This document shows positions 16,245 to 26,404 of a stretch of 50,622 bases of DNA, piece after piece (position 1 is the first letter of the stretch; each line of letters begins with the position of its first letter). The stretch is taken from NCBI GenBank assembly GCA_964575635.1, contig CAZNQY010000001.1, positions 1 to 50,622 on the forward strand, in the 5' to 3' direction. The position numbers and the translations under genes were made by a program. The notes beneath the pieces were generated by a model. That model saw only the letters and a list, made by a program, of their open reading frames with translations. It was not told the DNA's origin and made no database searches. Source of the stretch: an uncultured Candidatus Saccharimonas sp. (GTDB taxonomy: Bacteria > Patescibacteriota > Saccharimonadia > Saccharimonadales > Saccharimonadaceae).

Positions 16245-16844
16245 CTACTGCAAAATTTCCTTAAAAATCTCAAACAGCTTACTTGAAAGGTCGTCGATAT
16301 AGGAAGCCTTTTTAACAACTGGTGGCGCCAATGAAGATAATAAAATAACTTCATTATTATATACTGGCTTCAGATAAATAGACTTGTTTACTAAATCACG
16401 TACCCTATCCAAGTATGTAAAATTTGGCGATACGTGTAGGTTACCATCCGCCGTACTAACGAGAAAAGAACGTTTAAAATACGATGCTCGTCTGATCGAC
16501 ATATTGGCATATTCTTTTAATGCATCGCTGTCAATCATCAGTTCGCTTTCATCGCACATTTGTACGAAAAGGTCCCTGTCAAACACTTCGGTTGTATATG
16601 ATTTACTTTTTTTCCCGATAGAAACTAACCATTTTTTGTTGATAACCAAAAAAGACTCATAAACAGAATAGCCTACTCTCGTGCGATGCCAATCAGAATC
16701 ATTGCTAATTTCAGCCCTCGCTTCATCGTTGCCAAGGCTAATCTCCTCGCCAAGTTGCTTCAAGGATTCGTACAGCTCGGTAATAACTGTTCCGCCATCA
16801 ATCCCAACAGAGTTAGTTGAACCTTCAACGTTCAATATCAACAC
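16245..16844 (-). CDS. Hypothetical protein
   Basis: 199-aa ORF with its own terminator; no family recognised. Confidence 0.55.
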   Translation of the reverse strand: MLILNVEGSTNSVGIDGGTVITELYESLKQLGEEISLGNDEARAEISNDSDWHRTRVGYSVYESFLVINKKWLVSIGKKSKSYTTEVFDRDLFVQMCDESELMIDSDALKEYANMSIRRASYFKRSFLVSTADGNLHVSPNFTYLDRVRDLVNKSIYLKPVYNNEVILLSSLAPPVVKKASYIDDLSSKLFEIFKEILQ

Positions 16845-16936
16845 TCCCTTTCTAATTTTCTACTAGTCAAATACTAGTTTGTATCAATATTAGAACATAT
16901 TTATTAATTTATAACAATAGTGATATAATATAACAG

Positions 16937-17971
16937 ATGAAAATACTTGGAATTGAAAGCAGTTGCGACGAAACAGCCGCATCGGTTGTCGAAGATGGCC
17001 GACGAATTCTTTCGAGTGTAGTAAATTCTCAAATCGACATCCACGCAGTTTACGGCGGAGTAGTCCCAGAAGTCGCTGCTCGCAGCCATATTGAAGTCAT
17101 TAATCCTGTTATCAATCAAGCATTAACTGATGCAAATTTAACTTGGTCGGATATCGACGCTATCGCTGTCAGTTATGCACCTGGTCTAGTTGGGTCACTC
17201 ATGGTTGGCACGCTCGCCGCTCGAACTCTTTCGATTATAAAAAACAAGCCACTCTACCCTATTCACCACGTCGAAGCCCATGTTTATTCGAATTTCTTGG
17301 GCGAAAAACAACCAGAATTCCCAATTCTATCGCTGATCGTTAGTGGTGGTCATAGCCAAATTGTTTTATTCCGCGGACACGGCGACTACGAATTAATCGG
17401 CCAAACCCAAGATGACGCAATTGGCGAAGCTTTTGATAAGGTAGCTAAAATCCTTGGACTTTCCTACCCTGGTGGACCATCAATCGCCAAAGCTGCGCTA
17501 AATGGTAATCCGAAAAAATACAAGCTTCCAAAGGCAAAAATGCAAGGCGCTTATGACTTTAGTTTTTCTGGTCTCAAAACAGCCGTTCTAAGGGCCGTTC
17601 AATCCGAAGTAGATGTCGATATTAATTACCCATCATCGGGGCTCTCAGGCCTTCTAAGCGACGTACAGCGCAATGATTTTGCGGCAAGTTTCCAACGGAC
17701 AGCCGTCGAAACTTTAGTCGACAAGATAGAAAAAGCTTTTTACGAATATTCGCCAAAATCAGTAGTAATTGCTGGTGGCGTTGCCGCTAACTCCGAGCTT
17801 CGGCGTGAATTATCAGACCGAATACCGCTTCACATCACCTACGCGCCGCCAGAATTATGTACAGATAACGCCGCCATGGTCGCATCACTCGCCTACTATC
17901 AGTCACAATATCAAAAACCTATCGATCCAAGAATACTCGAAATTATACCGAGTTTATCGATGAAAAAATAA
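16937..17971 (+). CDS. tsaD: tRNA N6-adenosine threonylcarbamoyltransferase TsaD (Kae1/YgjD family)
   Basis: 'LGIESSCDETAASVV', 'HHVEAHV', 'VSGGHS', 'GGVAAN'. Confidence 0.93.
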   Translation: MKILGIESSCDETAASVVEDGRRILSSVVNSQIDIHAVYGGVVPEVAARSHIEVINPVINQALTDANLTWSDIDAIAVSYAPGLVGSLMVGTLAARTLSIIKNKPLYPIHHVEAHVYSNFLGEKQPEFPILSLIVSGGHSQIVLFRGHGDYELIGQTQDDAIGEAFDKVAKILGLSYPGGPSIAKAALNGNPKKYKLPKAKMQGAYDFSFSGLKTAVLRAVQSEVDVDINYPSSGLSGLLSDVQRNDFAASFQRTAVETLVDKIEKAFYEYSPKSVVIAGGVAANSELRRELSDRIPLHITYAPPELCTDNAAMVASLAYYQSQYQKPIDPRILEIIPSLSMKK

Positions 17972-17972
17972 A

Positions 17973-17999
17973 AGACCGATCAATTCGGTCTATTATTTT
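17973..17999. terminator. Bidirectional terminator between tsaD and the convergent femX-like gene
   Basis: Stem agaccga/ttcggtct with T-rich and A-rich flanks. Confidence 0.55.
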
Positions 18000-18011
18000 A
18001 ATTTTCAAGTA

Positions 18012-18986
18012 TTAACGTATTTTGCGAATTACTTTTTTTGCCGTCGGTAGGCCCTTTGACCATAATCCATAGTAACTGGATAGTGGTTTATCGAAAGTAC
18101 CAGCCAGGTTGGTCTCTTGATCAGTCCAGCCCATTTTGAAAGTCGATACGCCACCTTCGATCAATCCACCGAAGTCATAACGCGACAATTCCCACTCTTT
18201 ACACTTGCGAATCACGTGCCATTTTAACGCATAATTCGCCCGTAATTCCTGACCATATCCGTTCATACCGCCATAAAGTTCAAATGCCGTATCAGCACTA
18301 ATTACGATCCACAAAAACGCAATTGGTTTTCCATCCAAATATGCGGCAAAAATAGATGAATACTCGCCCATTTTGTCAAAAATGTCGTAATAATATTGAT
18401 CTTTATGAAGTTTAAAGTTCGCACGTTTTGATGTCTCTTTATAAATGTCGAGACAAGCTGTTAATTCATGGTGCGTACGGACTTTTTTAATCTCAATACC
18501 TTCACTAGCTGACTTTCGAATGTATTGTCTAGTCTTTTTTGCCATCTTGCTTAACAGATCAGATTCTGACAAATTCAAGTCAAGTATTATAGTTTCTGCT
18601 GGCAAAATTCTGTTTTCTGACTTTATCCAGCCATCTATCAATTCAAATGATTCTTGATCAGGCTCGATCGATAACGCAACTGACTTATGTGTTTTTTTGA
18701 TAAAAACAGCTAAATCACTCAGGAACTCACCCCTGTTATTATCCCCTACTACTGGACCCCTTGGGACATACGAAATAGACTTAAGCGGCCACGGCAACTT
18801 CTTGATTAGAACTTGTACCGCACCGATAACTTCGTGGTCTTCATTACGGCCAAATAGTCGGTATGCCTGCCAACCGTTAGTAGTTTTTACGTCGCCCCAA
18901 CCCCAAAGTTGCAACGGATGCCCACCGTTTTCAAGGATATAATCATCCCATTCAAGTTTATTTTGGCAAATATAGAATGCTGTCAT
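18012..18986 (-). CDS. Second FemAB-family peptidoglycan bridge aminoacyltransferase
   Basis: Fem/MurM-like throughout ('LQLWGWGDVK', 'YVPRGPV', 'YGGM', 'FKMGW'). I prefer the ATG at 18986 (MTAFYICQ...); the 43-codon upstream extension to 19115 looks like AT-rich leader. Confidence 0.75.
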   Translation of the reverse strand: MTAFYICQNKLEWDDYILENGGHPLQLWGWGDVKTTNGWQAYRLFGRNEDHEVIGAVQVLIKKLPWPLKSISYVPRGPVVGDNNRGEFLSDLAVFIKKTHKSVALSIEPDQESFELIDGWIKSENRILPAETIILDLNLSESDLLSKMAKKTRQYIRKSASEGIEIKKVRTHHELTACLDIYKETSKRANFKLHKDQYYYDIFDKMGEYSSIFAAYLDGKPIAFLWIVISADTAFELYGGMNGYGQELRANYALKWHVIRKCKEWELSRYDFGGLIEGGVSTFKMGWTDQETNLAGTFDKPLSSYYGLWSKGLPTAKKVIRKIR

Positions 18987-19148
18987 ATTACTATTATACT
19001 TCACTAAGCTACCTATGTTATAATAGTAGGTGAAAACAAACACGTGGAAGAGTTTGGGTATGTATAAGTGGAGTTCACATGAAGCCACCTTTATATTCTT
19101 GATGCTAAATTTCACGTGAAAATATCAATAAATTGAGACTCTTAAGAT

Positions 19149-21701
19149 ATGAAACTTGCAAAAACCTACGATCCCAGTCAATCAGAACCTAATATTTACG
19201 CAATTTGGGAAAAAAGCCGAGCTTTTGAGCCAACTGGGGTAGGGGAGCCTTTTTGCGTTATCATGCCGCCGCCAAATGCTAACGGCAATCTTCATGTCGG
19301 ACACGCGCTTGCTGTATCTGTCGAAGATATCATGACACGCTACCACCGCATGAAGGGTAGGGACGCTATTTATATTCCTGGTGCAGATCACGCAGGTTTT
19401 GAAACTTGGGTAGTTTACGAACGAACACTTGAAGCAAAAGGTCAAAGTCGTTTCGATTTTTCTCGCGAACAGCTTTACAGTCAGGTCTGGAATTTCGTTG
19501 ATGAACAGCGCTCGAACATGGAACTCCAACTTCGCGCACTCGGCGTTAGCTGCAGCTGGAAAGATTTGGTCTTTACTCTCGATAAAAAGGTAATCCACAC
19601 CGTTTATGACACTTTTAAACGACTTTGGGATGAAGGTCTGATTTATCGTGGCGAACGTATCGTCAATTACAGTACTAAATATCAGACCAGTTATGCCGAT
19701 ATCGAAGTTGACCACAAAACAGAGAAGGGGAGCCTGTGGCAAATTGCCTATCCGTCAATGGATAAAATTCGCGAAATCGTAGTTTCAACTACTCGTCCAG
19801 AAACAATCTTTGGTGACGTTGCCGTTGCAGTTCACCCTAACGATGAACGTTACAAGGATATGATTGGTACAACCGTAGTCTTACCGCTTACAGGACGAGA
19901 AATTCCCGTCATCGCTGATGATTATGTCGACATGGCTTTTGGTACTGGTGCTCTCAAGATCACTCCAGCCCACGACCCAAATGACTTTGAAGTAGGGAAG
20001 CGTCACAATCTTGATCGAATTCAAGTCGTTGGTTTTGATGGAAAAATGATCAACGTACCAGATCAAATCGAAGGATTAACGGTCGCCGAGGCTCGTAAAA
20101 AAACCGTTGCTTTACTTCAAGCAGAAGAGCTTTTAAGAGGCGAAACTATCATCGAACACGCTGTTGGATACGACTACAAGAGCGGTTTGCCAATTGAACC
20201 TATGATCAAAGACCAGTGGTTTTTGAACGTCAAACCACTTGCTGAGCGCGCAAAACAAGCAATTGAAAACGGTGATGTAAAATTCACACCAGAAAACAGC
20301 AAGCGTAACATTATTCAATATCTTGATAATATCCGCGACTGGAACTTATCACGTCAAATTCCATGGGGCATCCCAATTCCAGCTTTCCAAAACATCGCCG
20401 ATGTCGATGACTGGATTTTTGACGAACGAATCGACCAACCAACCATCGAAGTTGACGGCAAAACTTATCGCCGCGAAGAAGATACACTCGACACTTGGTT
20501 TAGTAGCGGCCAGTGGCCATTTATAACAACCGATATGCTTACAAACGGTGATCTTAGTCGTTTTTATCCAAATTCCGTCATGGAAACTGGCGCAGACATA
20601 TTAAATTGTTGGGTTGCCCGCATGATCATGCTTGGACTATACGCAACAGATCAAGTTCCGTTTAAGGACGTCTACTTGCATGGTCTAGTCCTTGATAGTA
20701 AAGGTAAAAAGATGAGCAAGAGCAAAGGCAATGTCATTAACCCAATGGAAGCTATCGCTGAATTTGGCTCTGACGCACTTCGCCTTGGACTTGTCGCCAG
20801 CCGTAGTGCTGGACAAAATCAAGCTTTCAGTACCGATAAGGTAATCGCTGGACGAAACTTCTGCAACAAACTTTGGAATATTGCTCGTTTTATCGAAAAC
20901 AAACTTGGTGATGACTTCACATATTCCACGCCAAAACCTGAATCACTAGCCGACCACTGGATTGTTCGTGAGCTTAGCGAAGCAGCATCAGAAATAGGCA
21001 AGGGGATCGAAACCTTCCGTTTTGCCGAAGCTAGCGAAACTATGTATCACGCCATCTGGGACGAAGTAGCCGACTGGTACGTCGAAGCTTCCAAAGCTCA
21101 AGACAACCCGCAGCTTCTTGCTTGGGTTCTTGATACCAGCCTAAAGATCGCCCATCCTTTTGCACCATTCGTAACAGAGACGATTTGGCAGTCACTACCA
21201 TGGCACAAAGACGAGCTATTAGTATCGTCGTCTTGGCCAGAAGCTATCGAGTTTAACCAAATATCTGCTGGCGAATTTGCACAGCTAATGAAACTTGTCG
21301 AAGAAGCGCGCTTTGTCATGATGGAACTTCCAGGCAACAATAAGTATGCAATGGTTTATCACAACGACAGCTTAATCGCCGATAACGCTGAGCTAATCAA
21401 AAAACTAGCTCGCCTAAAGGCTGTCGAAGACGTCGAATTAGCTCGCGGACTACGACTTGCTGTAAGCGGTCGTGAAGCTTGGCTTGATGTGCCAGAAGAC
21501 GTCCTATACGAGCACAGATCTAATCTAGAAGTTCGACTCGCTCAAACTCATGCTGATATTAAAAGCCTGTCTGCTCGACTTGATAATGAATCCTACGTCA
21601 AAAAAGCCCCTGCACATCTGGTTGAAGAGTCCCAAGCACTCCTTGAACAAAAAAAGACGCTCGTCGAGCGCCTTCAGCTTGAACTTAACGTCATTAAGTA
21701 A
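19149..21701 (+). CDS. valS: Valyl-tRNA synthetase
   Basis: 850 aa, class I 'HVGH' ('GNLHVGHA') and 'KMSKS' motifs, C-terminal coiled coil. Confidence 0.97.
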   Translation: MKLAKTYDPSQSEPNIYAIWEKSRAFEPTGVGEPFCVIMPPPNANGNLHVGHALAVSVEDIMTRYHRMKGRDAIYIPGADHAGFETWVVYERTLEAKGQSRFDFSREQLYSQVWNFVDEQRSNMELQLRALGVSCSWKDLVFTLDKKVIHTVYDTFKRLWDEGLIYRGERIVNYSTKYQTSYADIEVDHKTEKGSLWQIAYPSMDKIREIVVSTTRPETIFGDVAVAVHPNDERYKDMIGTTVVLPLTGREIPVIADDYVDMAFGTGALKITPAHDPNDFEVGKRHNLDRIQVVGFDGKMINVPDQIEGLTVAEARKKTVALLQAEELLRGETIIEHAVGYDYKSGLPIEPMIKDQWFLNVKPLAERAKQAIENGDVKFTPENSKRNIIQYLDNIRDWNLSRQIPWGIPIPAFQNIADVDDWIFDERIDQPTIEVDGKTYRREEDTLDTWFSSGQWPFITTDMLTNGDLSRFYPNSVMETGADILNCWVARMIMLGLYATDQVPFKDVYLHGLVLDSKGKKMSKSKGNVINPMEAIAEFGSDALRLGLVASRSAGQNQAFSTDKVIAGRNFCNKLWNIARFIENKLGDDFTYSTPKPESLADHWIVRELSEAASEIGKGIETFRFAEASETMYHAIWDEVADWYVEASKAQDNPQLLAWVLDTSLKIAHPFAPFVTETIWQSLPWHKDELLVSSSWPEAIEFNQISAGEFAQLMKLVEEARFVMMELPGNNKYAMVYHNDSLIADNAELIKKLARLKAVEDVELARGLRLAVSGREAWLDVPEDVLYEHRSNLEVRLAQTHADIKSLSARLDNESYVKKAPAHLVEESQALLEQKKTLVERLQLELNVIK

Positions 21702-22032
21702 TCGGTACGAAATACTCACTGTCGTTATTCTTGCCTAATATCTTTTTGGACAAATACTTTTTGTCGCCTTCATTTTTTGGTTGAGCAGAAGGAGTTTGCG
21801 AACCACTACTGACAAAGTGCGTCAAAACCGTCGTGTTTTCACTATGAACGTGATGCATTGAATGTAAATATTCCGTCGCACGATGATCTTCGGCTTTTGC
21901 AACAATACTCGACTCTTTTGTAGAGTTTTTAACAGCCGTCGCGCTATAAATCTTGCTATCGTGTATAAATACACCGAAAGCTAGCGGTATTGTGGCAAGG
22001 AGTAGTGTATTAGTGTTTGATATATTTGACAT
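21694..22032 (-). CDS. Small hypothetical protein with an N-terminal TM or signal segment and a His-rich stretch
   Basis: 112-aa ORF; its 3' end overlaps the valS stop by 8 nt (convergent). Confidence 0.4.
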   Translation of the reverse strand: MSNISNTNTLLLATIPLAFGVFIHDSKIYSATAVKNSTKESSIVAKAEDHRATEYLHSMHHVHSENTTVLTHFVSSGSQTPSAQPKNEGDKKYLSKKILGKNNDSEYFVPIT

Positions 22033-22105
22033 ATTTTTGTTTTTATAATGTTATGCATTGACTTTAGCATAAACTTTATTAATTGTCAACTGTATGATTC
22101 AAGAC

Positions 22106-22137
22106 AAGAAAATACCAGCCAATTTCTTGGCTGGTAT
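22106..22137 (-). terminator. Terminator downstream of the 22143-22532 gene
   Basis: Stem ataccagcc/ggctggtat, then a T-rich tract on the minus strand. Confidence 0.6.
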
Positions 22138-22142
22138 GAGAG

Positions 22143-22532
22143 CTACATTCCTGCAGCGTTCGTAAATTGATGGTGGCCTTCACCGCCATTGATATGCAAA
22201 ACACCCTTTTGTGTACGAGCATTATAATAAATACTCGCGTTGATATTTTGCGACTCGAGATTCACGGTCGCGTTATTAATCCATTCTGGTGCCTGAATTT
22301 TTCTCTTTCTATTAACGAAACATACCGTTCCGTTAATATTGAAAGAGAATCCACTACCGTCTTCGTGCGCAAGTCCTTCAACTCGCACGGCGAATGTCAC
22401 GCCATTATCAAGCGTGAAGCATGACAAATGACGATTTTCTTTGTCGTACGCATATTTCAATGCGTCAACAATATTAGATTTTGACGGTCCGCCGACGATT
22501 GCTGAATCTACTTTGCATTTAAATGTGGTCAT
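22143..22532 (-). CDS. Hypothetical protein (129 aa)
   Basis: The ATG at 22532 is preceded by GGAGGTG; the track start at 22592 is probably an upstream extension. Confidence 0.55.
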   Translation of the reverse strand: MTTFKCKVDSAIVGGPSKSNIVDALKYAYDKENRHLSCFTLDNGVTFAVRVEGLAHEDGSGFSFNINGTVCFVNRKRKIQAPEWINNATVNLESQNINASIYYNARTQKGVLHINGGEGHHQFTNAAGM

Positions 22533-22632
22533 AAAGGCCACCTCCGCCTTAAGCTCTACTCGAACGAGTAGGCACATCCTTGGATAAACCAAAGAATATC
22601 TCTATTATACAACAAGGTTATGTATTTGTCAA

Positions 22633-23091
22633 CTATTCGTGGTGGTAAGGATTACCGTTGGCGATTTCTTGGGCACGGTAGAGTTGTTCGGTCAAAATCA
22701 AACGAACTAATTGATGCGGGAAAACTAAAGATGACAAAGACCAGATAAAGTTGGCGCGCCTATGAATAGTTTCATCGACACCGTAAGCGCCGCCAATAAT
22801 AATTACTATATTTTTCGATATTGCAATTTGGTCATACAACAAATCAGCCAAAGCAGGAGATGAAATATTTTTTCCTCTTTCATCCAATAGAATAACGTAG
22901 TCGCTGTCGTTCAGGCGGTTTAATATGCGCCCTGATTCTTCCTGGCGCACTCTATCATCAGAGTAATTAGAATGTGGTAAAAGTACCCATTCGACATCAA
23001 AGGGCTTCCTGAGACGCTTTTGATAGCGCAGGATACCTTCATCGACCCACGATTCGTGTTTTTTACCAATTGCTAGAATTTTTATAGACAT
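22633..23091 (-). CDS. rlmH: 23S rRNA (pseudouridine1915-N3)-methyltransferase RlmH (SPOUT family)
   Basis: ~150 aa, 'ILAIGKK...Y.KRL', C-terminal 'GGAYG...S.S..VFPHQLVR'. Confidence 0.85.
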   Translation of the reverse strand: MSIKILAIGKKHESWVDEGILRYQKRLRKPFDVEWVLLPHSNYSDDRVRQEESGRILNRLNDSDYVILLDERGKNISSPALADLLYDQIAISKNIVIIIGGAYGVDETIHRRANFIWSLSSLVFPHQLVRLILTEQLYRAQEIANGNPYHHE

Positions 23092-23490
23092 TTAAAACTT
23101 AAGTTTTTGCGCTAATGCCGCAAGTTCTTCATTATTCGCCATAGCTGGTTCTGGGTATGGGTCAAAATTAACGGTATGAGCGTGAGCAACCGGGATTAGG
23201 TGAATGTGCGTATGTGGAACTTCAAAACCCTTAACAACAATGCCAACTCTTTCAGAGCCCATCACTTCCTTAAGGTGTTTTGCAATTTTTTTTGCAGTAT
23301 TCCAAAGATAGTCGTAATCAGAACTATCCAAATCCCAGATTTGATCAATTTGTTTTTTTGGAACAACAAGAGTGTGCCCAGTACTAAATGGTTGAATAGT
23401 TAAAAACGCCAAAACTTGATCGTCTTCGTAAATTTTGTGAGACGGAATTTCACCGTTAATGATTCGAGTAAAAATTGATGGTTCTTGCAT
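23092..23490 (-). CDS. HIT-family (histidine triad) nucleotide hydrolase/transferase
   Basis: 'FTRIINGEIPS', histidine triad 'HTHIHLIP'. Confidence 0.85.
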   Translation of the reverse strand: MQEPSIFTRIINGEIPSHKIYEDDQVLAFLTIQPFSTGHTLVVPKKQIDQIWDLDSSDYDYLWNTAKKIAKHLKEVMGSERVGIVVKGFEVPHTHIHLIPVAHAHTVNFDPYPEPAMANNEELAALAQKLKF

Positions 23491-23529
23491 ACTAATAATT
23501 GTAGCAAAGATTGATGTACAATATTAGTA

Positions 23530-24144
23530 ATGGCAAAAGCAACAGACATACAAAGTTTGATAGATAGAATCGTAGATAAGGTGTTTTTATGGGTTATTCC
23601 GCATTCGATTACACCAAATCAAATGACCGTAGTGCGTTTTATTTTGGTGCCAGTCGTCTATTGGCTATTGATTAGCGGGAATTTTGGACCAGCGTTAATT
23701 GTATTTATCATTGCTGCTTCAACGGATTTTATTGACGGCGCGATGGCTAGAACTCGCAACCAAATAACCGACATTGGCAAGGTGATTGATCCACTTGCTG
23801 ATAAGATGTTGATTTTGTCTGTTTTGCTCTATTTTGGTTTCAAATATTTAATAATCGATATTTTTATTATAGTAATTATTCTCGAAATATTAGCCGTATT
23901 ATTATCCGTATTTTTTAATACAACCACTGGCAATAAACCAATAGGGGCAAATGTTTTTGGTAAAATAAAGATGATTTTTCAAAGTTTTAGCGTCGGGTTT
24001 TTTATCCTTGGGATTTTTATCAAATCGACATTCTTTACTAACTTATCAAACTACTTGTTGGCCGCTGCGCTAGTATTTGCAATAATCTCCGCTATCGTTC
24101 AGGTGTATCGAAACATTATTACTGTAAAGACAGCAAAAAAATAA
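23530..24144 (+). CDS. CDP-alcohol phosphatidyltransferase family membrane protein
   Basis: Motif 'DFIDGAMAR...G...DPLADK' and multiple TM segments. Confidence 0.8.
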   Translation: MAKATDIQSLIDRIVDKVFLWVIPHSITPNQMTVVRFILVPVVYWLLISGNFGPALIVFIIAASTDFIDGAMARTRNQITDIGKVIDPLADKMLILSVLLYFGFKYLIIDIFIIVIILEILAVLLSVFFNTTTGNKPIGANVFGKIKMIFQSFSVGFFILGIFIKSTFFTNLSNYLLAAALVFAIISAIVQVYRNIITVKTAKK

Positions 24145-24168
24145 GCCCCGGGGTATCCGGGGCTTTTA
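24143..24168. terminator. Bidirectional terminator
   Basis: Stem aagccccgg/ccggggctt between convergent genes. Confidence 0.65.
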
Positions 24169-24813
24169 CTAATGTCGGCGATAACTTCTTTGTAAGAGTT
24201 TCGCCAGATATTTGGCGTGGAATTCAACAGCGCCAGGCTTATACTGTTTTTGCCATTCGCTCAACATCGATTCATGATCGTGACGCTTTGACGCCACAAC
24301 CAGATCTCTTTGAACATGAAAAACATCTTCGTCTTCTGGTTTTGCATATCTTCCGCCAGAGTTTAATGAAATAACCCCAGGATGTTCCAACGAAAAAACA
24401 ACAAATTCAGCAGCATTGGCGGTTTTTTCGAACCGTTCAATAGTACGCTTAATTTCTTTTTCGCGTAGCTTTTCTGCATCAACATCTTTTTCGCGTATTG
24501 CTTTCAAGGGAAGCGCTATCAAATTCATAACCGTATCCCCGGAAGAGTCTCCAACCATTTTGCCCTCAGAAACCAACCAATGTCGGCCACCGGGTTTAAT
24601 TACGTGAAACGTTTCATACAACAAAAGACTTTCTTCTTTTTCGCCATGCTGAATCCGTGCAAGAATGGGAAGAATCGGATCTGTTTCTTTAACGCATTCG
24701 ATCTCCGTCCCGTATTCCTTAACGACATGTCCAATCAGACCTTCAAAAACACTTTTTGGGTGAATCAAATCTGTTAAAATGTGCTCCTGATCATTCGCGT
24801 TCATTGAACTCAA
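24169..24813 (-). CDS. Hypothetical protein (214 aa)
   Basis: Long ORF, no family recognised. Confidence 0.55.
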   Translation of the reverse strand: MSSMNANDQEHILTDLIHPKSVFEGLIGHVVKEYGTEIECVKETDPILPILARIQHGEKEESLLLYETFHVIKPGGRHWLVSEGKMVGDSSGDTVMNLIALPLKAIREKDVDAEKLREKEIKRTIERFEKTANAAEFVVFSLEHPGVISLNSGGRYAKPEDEDVFHVQRDLVVASKRHDHESMLSEWQKQYKPGAVEFHAKYLAKLLQRSYRRH

Positions 24814-24904
24814 ATAAAATCACCTCTTTTTATAAGATTCCTTTTCAGGTGATAAATATTATACCACTTTTTTAGATAGCGTCAAACAAATTTGATTTAT
24901 CAGG

Positions 24905-25633
24905 CTACAATCTAACAACACTACTTAAATTATCCCAGACTTTTGTGGTATTGTTGAAAACTTTCGGATTATTTTCATCATACTTAAATTCTCGTAGTCC
25001 ATATTGCATGCCAGTTATTGCATATTCGTCTTTTTTACCATCATCTGATTTTTTGGGGATTAGAAAAACAAGATATTCTTTGCCGACTTCGATATCAATA
25101 TCATCAATATACTTTTCTTTTACATATGCTTTGTGTTTTGGTTTTTGGTTATTATTTAGCGATAATATTTTTTCTTTCTCGGCAGCAGATAGCCCATCCC
25201 AGTATTGACCATATGTAATTATTCCGCCCAAGCGATAATAATCTAATACATCATCATTTTTAATATCACCTTTATAGACTTTCTTGACCGTCATTTTGCC
25301 AAATGTCTGAGTGGATATATATTGATTATCGGTAGGGCTGAAATTGCGACCACCTTTTATTGAATCGATATTTACAATAGCGGCAATAGGGGATGTATCA
25401 AAAAAATAATAGGGATCCATTAAGTCCCAGTTTGTTTCGATGACGCTACCATGTTCTTCGATGTTATTTTTAGGTATTTTTAGATACGCGTCGTTTTCGA
25501 TATTCACAGCTCTGCTGCCAGTAAAATTCGATATCGACCGCGAGGCTATAGTGCTAATTAATATGCAATCCATTAATAAAAATAAGGAAAAAAGAATTAC
25601 AAGAAGGATAAATTTAATTTTTTTGATGTTCAT
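24905..25633 (-). CDS. Hypothetical exported or membrane-anchored protein
   Basis: N-terminal TM 'FILLVILFSLFLLMDCILISTI' followed by a soluble domain. Confidence 0.6.
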   Translation of the reverse strand: MNIKKIKFILLVILFSLFLLMDCILISTIASRSISNFTGSRAVNIENDAYLKIPKNNIEEHGSVIETNWDLMDPYYFFDTSPIAAIVNIDSIKGGRNFSPTDNQYISTQTFGKMTVKKVYKGDIKNDDVLDYYRLGGIITYGQYWDGLSAAEKEKILSLNNNQKPKHKAYVKEKYIDDIDIEVGKEYLVFLIPKKSDDGKKDEYAITGMQYGLREFKYDENNPKVFNNTTKVWDNLSSVVRL

Positions 25634-25774
25634 TGTTTAATTTAAGCATAATAGTGTTTATGTTTCGAGGTTTTTGGATTATATATAGGAGTTAAGTCGG
25701 AGAGTGTTACGATTCTTTCTCATTTATGCAATTACCAAAAGTGATTTTCATCAAAAACGCTATTGTGGGCTTTA

Positions 25775-26196
25775 GGAGAGAAAGGGATTCGGTCACGTTC
25801 AGCGAACCCGGACTTCGACAATTAAGTGTATGTTTTTGTCAGAAATTTCACAGCAGAATAAAAGAAAGAAAGGGATATCGCCTTCGGCTCTTCCGCTCAT
25901 ACGTAAAAATATGTAGACACATTTTTTCTTAATTCGCTTCACCGAACCCTTGATTGCGCTAATAAATTAGCGCTCAAGGGTTAGAATCCCTTTCGAACAG
26001 TCAAATTAAAAAACGACCAGATGGTCGTCTTTTAATTTGGCGGAGAGAAAGGGATTCGGTCACAGATAATTTGCTCTGCAAATTTCCGCGACCCCGTCTC
26101 AACTTACTGCAAGCATAGCTTGCAATCAGTTTCCGACCTTGAGAACTGCCACAGGCAGTTCTCACCCTACCGGGTTCGAATCCATTTCTCGAAGAT
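25775..26196 (-). repeat. tRNA-linked repeat locus B downstream of tRNA-Ser(CGA): two displaced T-loop-to-3'-end fragments (25775-25796, 26038-26063), T-loop-position module (25869-25951), inverted T-arm copies (25975-26002, 26168-26196), hairpin (26003-26038), X-family segment (26064-26167)
   Basis: 'ggagagaaagggattcggtcac' occurs twice and matches the tRNA 3' end from the T-loop onward. The other pieces align to loci A, C, D and E. Confidence 0.7.
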
Positions 26197-26235
26197 AAAT
26201 TAAAATAACGACCACACGGGTCGTAATTTTAATTT
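26197..26235 (-). terminator. Conserved post-tRNA hairpin 3' of tRNA-Ser(CGA)
   Basis: 'aaattaaaataacgacc acac gggtcgtaattttaattt'. Confidence 0.6.
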
Positions 26236-26322
26236 GGCGGAGAGAAAGGGATTCGAACCCTTGATGGGTTGCCCCATACCGCTTTTCGAGAGCGGCCAGT
26301 TCAACCACTCCTGCATCTCTCC
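26235..26322 (-). tRNA. tRNA-Ser(CGA), type II, CCA encoded
   Basis: Reverse complement reads GGAGAGA-TG-CAGG..CTGG-CCGCT-CTCGAAA-AGCGG-(variable arm)-AAGGG-TTCGAAT-CCCTT-TCTCTCC-G-CCA. Confidence 0.88.
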
Positions 26323-26404
26323 AGATATTAGATATTTTAACAGATGGATTGTAAATTAAATAGGCGGTAGTGAAAATCCTCATCATCTATTTTAATAATG
26401 GATT

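Noticed and set aside
12547-16844. Prophage interpretation of the recombinase region.
   Set aside because: Only ~3.15 kb lies between the direct repeats. There are no capsid, portal, terminase, tail, lysis or replication genes. It is better described as a minimal integrative element.
18987-19115. N-terminal extensions offered by the ORF track: 18012-19115, and also 22143-22592, 31238-31969, 34116-34691, 31992-32474 and 14439-14789.
   Set aside because: Internal ATGs give homologous or signal-peptide-like N-termini and, where checked, better Shine-Dalgarno sequences (22532 GGAGGTG; 32004 GGAGG; 14466 AAGGAG). The upstream parts look like AT-rich leader sequence.
25748-25768. 14-nt match 'caaaacgctattgt' shared with 27412-27425.
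   Set aside because: It is short, AT-rich and isolated, with no extended similarity around it. It is probably chance.
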